The position numbers and the translations under genes were made by a program. A DNA stretch of 64,000 nucleotides. Origin: Selaginella moellendorffii. Taxonomy: Eukaryota; Plantae; Lycopodiophyta. Shown piece after piece: positions 61,398 through 64,000 of the stretch. The stretch covers positions 119,310-183,309 of the forward strand of contig NW_003314352.1 of assembly GCF_000143415.4 (NCBI RefSeq), given 5' to 3'. Each line of letters opens with the position of its first letter. Position 1 is the stretch's first letter. The notes under the pieces were generated by a model. The model searched no databases and was not told the DNA's origin. It saw only the letters and a list, made by a program, of their open reading frames with translations.

Positions 61398-61638
61398 AAT
61401 GGCGCTTTCACCCTTTAATCCCCTCGGCCGTACGGTGCTTGTAGCTGTACGGAGGGCCCGGTGATCGGTTCGATTCCAACCACCGGATCATCCAGGGCAA
61501 GGGTTTTGCCTTTGGGACAGGCACGAAGAACAGGGGAGGGGATTGATCGCTTTCCGACGGGGTTCTTGCCGCGATCGAGAGAGATCGCAGCTGGAAGGGA
61601 GCGGCGTAGCGAGCGCTGCGCAACGCCGTCGCGCCATT
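61398..61638 (+). ncRNA. Candidate structured non-coding RNA (unassigned)
   Basis: Closing helix AATGGCGC/GCGCCATT, nested 11-bp helix TTAATCCCCTC/GAGGGGATTGA, about five hairpins and a perfect B-box GGTTCGATTCC. Strand uncertain. Confidence 0.35.
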
Positions 61639-61860
61639 CAATCCAGGAGGTTTGTCGGCGAGGTCGGGATTTGAGAGGATTATGAGGAGGGAGGGGGTGT
61701 GCGCTAGCGCTCGACTGTTCTTGGTCGGGTTTGAGTCGTCGCCGGTGATGACACGCATCGGCATTGTGCGCTTGATGTGATTGGCGCGTCTTCCATCGCC
61801 AATTCAAAGGCAGGCAGAAGGAACAAAAGGGAGAGAGAGACAGATAGAGAGACTTTGAAG

Positions 61861-61893
<33 letters not shown>
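61861..61893. repeat. (CT)n tract in the leader of the NPH3-family gene
   Basis: Direct reading of the sequence. Confidence 0.8.
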
Positions 61894-61894
<1 letters not shown>

Positions 61895-62025
61895 CACACC
61901 CACAGGGAAGCGCGAGGAAATCTACTGGAGAGCCTATTTTTTGCTCGAGATTCCAGGCTCTGCCAGATCACTCACTCCGGAGGGTTTTTCTCCTCTCCCG
62001 GCAGTTTTTCTCGCACAGCATTCGA

Positions 62026-64000
62026 ATGGCGGCGAGTATGAAGCTGGGCTCCAAGAGCGAGGGATTTCTTCGCAGAGGCCAAGCATGGTAAGCTTGGAAT
62101 TGCTAGATCTCTCGCCCCATTGTCTCCTCCTTTTCCTTGCGCAGGTTTTGTACGACCGGTCTTCCCAGCGATGTGGTTGTCCAAGTCGACGAAATGACAT
62201 TCCACCTTCACAAGGTTCTATTCTGGATTTCTTATCCAATTGTTCTGATCCATGTCTCTTGTAGTTTCCTCTCATGTCCAAGAGCGGGCTTCTCGAGAAA
62301 CTCATCACCGAGTCCTTAGAGAGCCGCGATCAACTTAGAAACGAAGATGACGAAGACGAGGACGATGAAGAGCAGCGTGGCTGCGTCGTTCAGCTCGCTG
62401 GCATCCCTGGCGGCACCGAGTCCTTCGAGCTAGCCGCAAAGTTCTGCTACGGCGTCAAGCTCGAGCTCACCGCCAGCAACATTGTCCCGCTCCGTTGCGC
62501 CGCCGAGCACCTGGAGATGACCGAGCAGCTTGGCGAAGGCAATCTCATCGTCAAGGCCGAAGGCTTTCTCAACCAAGTGGTGCTCCGCAGCTGGAAGGAC
62601 TCGGTGCGGGCGCTTCAGTCGTGCGAGAAGGTGCTCGAGCAGGCGGAGAAGCTCCAGATTGTCAAGCGGTGTGTGGATTCCATCTCCAGTAAGGCGTGCA
62701 CGGATCCGAGCTTGTTCGGGTGGCCGCTCATGGATCACCACCTCACCATGCAAAGCCCCGGCGGCAGCGTCCTCTGGAACGGGATTAGCACCGGGGCTCG
62801 GCCGAGGAACTCTCGCAGCGACTGGTGGTACGAGGACGTCGCGTCGTTGAGCTTGAGCATGTTTGAGCGGCTGGTGGCGGCGATGGAAGTTCGCGGATTG
62901 AAGCCCGAGATCGTCGCTGGAGCAGTGATGAGTTACGGAAAACGCTACCTCCCTGGATTAAACCGGCGCAGAGGCGAAGGTGGCGGAGGCGGTGGCGGCG
63001 GCGGTGGAAGTAGAAGGAGTGGACTCTACTCGGCTCCCGTCACCACGCTCTCTGAGGTGGATCAACGAATTCTACTCGAGACCATCCAGCGGCTTCTTCC
63101 GGCTCAGAAAGGAGTCGTCCCCGTCCGATTTCTCTTCGGCCTGCTCAAGCTGTCGATGCTCCTGGGTGCAAGCAGCGATTGCAAGGCGAGCCTGGAAGCG
63201 AGGATTGGTATGCAGCTGGAACAGGCCGGGCTGGACGACCTCCTCATGCCGAACTACTCGTACACAGTGGAGACCCTCTACGACATCGACGTCGTCCAGC
63301 GGATCGTGGAGCATTTCCTGAGCAGCGATGGTGGTGGATCGTCCGTGAACACGCTGGGGAACCTGGTGAGCCTGTCGTATGATCACGACGGCTCGCCAAA
63401 CAATGGAGCGGTGACGCCAATGATGCAAGTCGCCAAGCTCATGGACGCGTACCTCGCGGAGGTGGCACCGGACGTGAATCTCAAGATGGGGAAGTTTCAG
63501 GCTCTGGCGGAATCGCTGCCCGAGTACGCGAGGCTGGTGGACGATGGTCTGTACCGTGCGATTGATATCTATCTCAAGGTAAGTTCTTCGTGCCACCTCC
63601 TTCGTGAGTTTCTTCTATAACTTTGGTTCTTGGTTCCAGGCTCATCACTGGTTGACGGAGCTAGAGCGCGAGAAGCTGTGTCGCACCATGGATTGCCAGA
63701 AACTTTCGCTCGAGGCGTGCACTCACGCCGCTCAGAACGAGCGCCTGCCCCTCCGCGTCGTCGTCCAGGTGCTGTTCTTCGAGCAGCTGCAGCTCCGGAC
63801 CGCCATCGCCGGCTGCTTCCTCGTGTCCGAGAACGTGGAGGCGTCGCGGCCAGCTTACCAGAACCCACGCGACGCTGCCAGTGGCGCCGCCGCCGCCGCC
63901 GCCGCTGCATCGAATCGAGCAGCAGCAGGAGGAGGAGGTGGTGGAGAAGGCTGGGCGAATGTACTACGCGAGAACCAAGTGATGAAGGTGGACATGGATC
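62026..64000 (+). CDS. BTB/POZ-NPH3 (NRL family) protein, runs off the window end
   Basis: MKLGSK..W|[19 protein letters not shown]|FPLMSKSG; [10 protein letters not shown]; DWWYED; [10 protein letters not shown]; [13 protein letters not shown]|[23 protein letters not shown]. Confidence 0.93.

Noticed and set aside
61398-61638. Telomerase RNA, RNase MRP RNA or a true tRNA
   Set aside because: No telomeric template, no MRP CR-I GAAAGUCCCC, no cloverleaf, and no clear USE plus TATA promoter.

Overview
Eukaryotic nuclear DNA from a compact land-plant genome, most likely a lycophyte such as Selaginella. This is inferred from the ~50-60 bp introns, very short intergenic gaps, PLS/SS-rich PPR genes and a spliced plastid-peptidoglycan gene, MurB. 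Gene-dense GC-rich blocks (about 6.8-21 kb and 41-64 kb) alternate with AT-rich transposon debris (about 1-5 kb and 21-34 kb). Recognisable genes: three PLS-class PPRs, PEX22, two convergent At4g08330/At2g17705-like Zn-ribbon paralogs, a SYP2 syntaxin, MCM8, TMEM256/DUF423, a DUF4864-like protein, an Ole e 1/extensin-like gene, a subtilase, an RMA-type RING E3, a SUN protein, MurB, NOC1/CEBPZ, peroxiredoxin IIE, 6-phosphogluconolactonase, an NPH3/BTB gene, tRNA-Arg(UCU) and an intron-containing tRNA-Tyr(GUA). Most interesting observations: (1) a complete Cassandra-type TRIM with 5S rRNA-derived LTRs, PBS, PPT and a 5-bp TSD, inserted in a dead gypsy-type integrase, plus an older second copy; (2) an intronless orphan 408-aa ORF with PD-(D/E)xK nuclease-like motifs, next to a ~2.3-kb palindrome; (3) a ~240-nt nested multi-hairpin element with a Pol III B-box, a candidate ncRNA; (4) a 3-3.5 kb inverted duplication bracketing a 13-kb gene block; (5) pseudogenes scrambled by micro-inversions; (6) an acidic orphan protein starting with a histone-H3-like ARTK tail. 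All calls were made by eye from motifs; no database searches were run.
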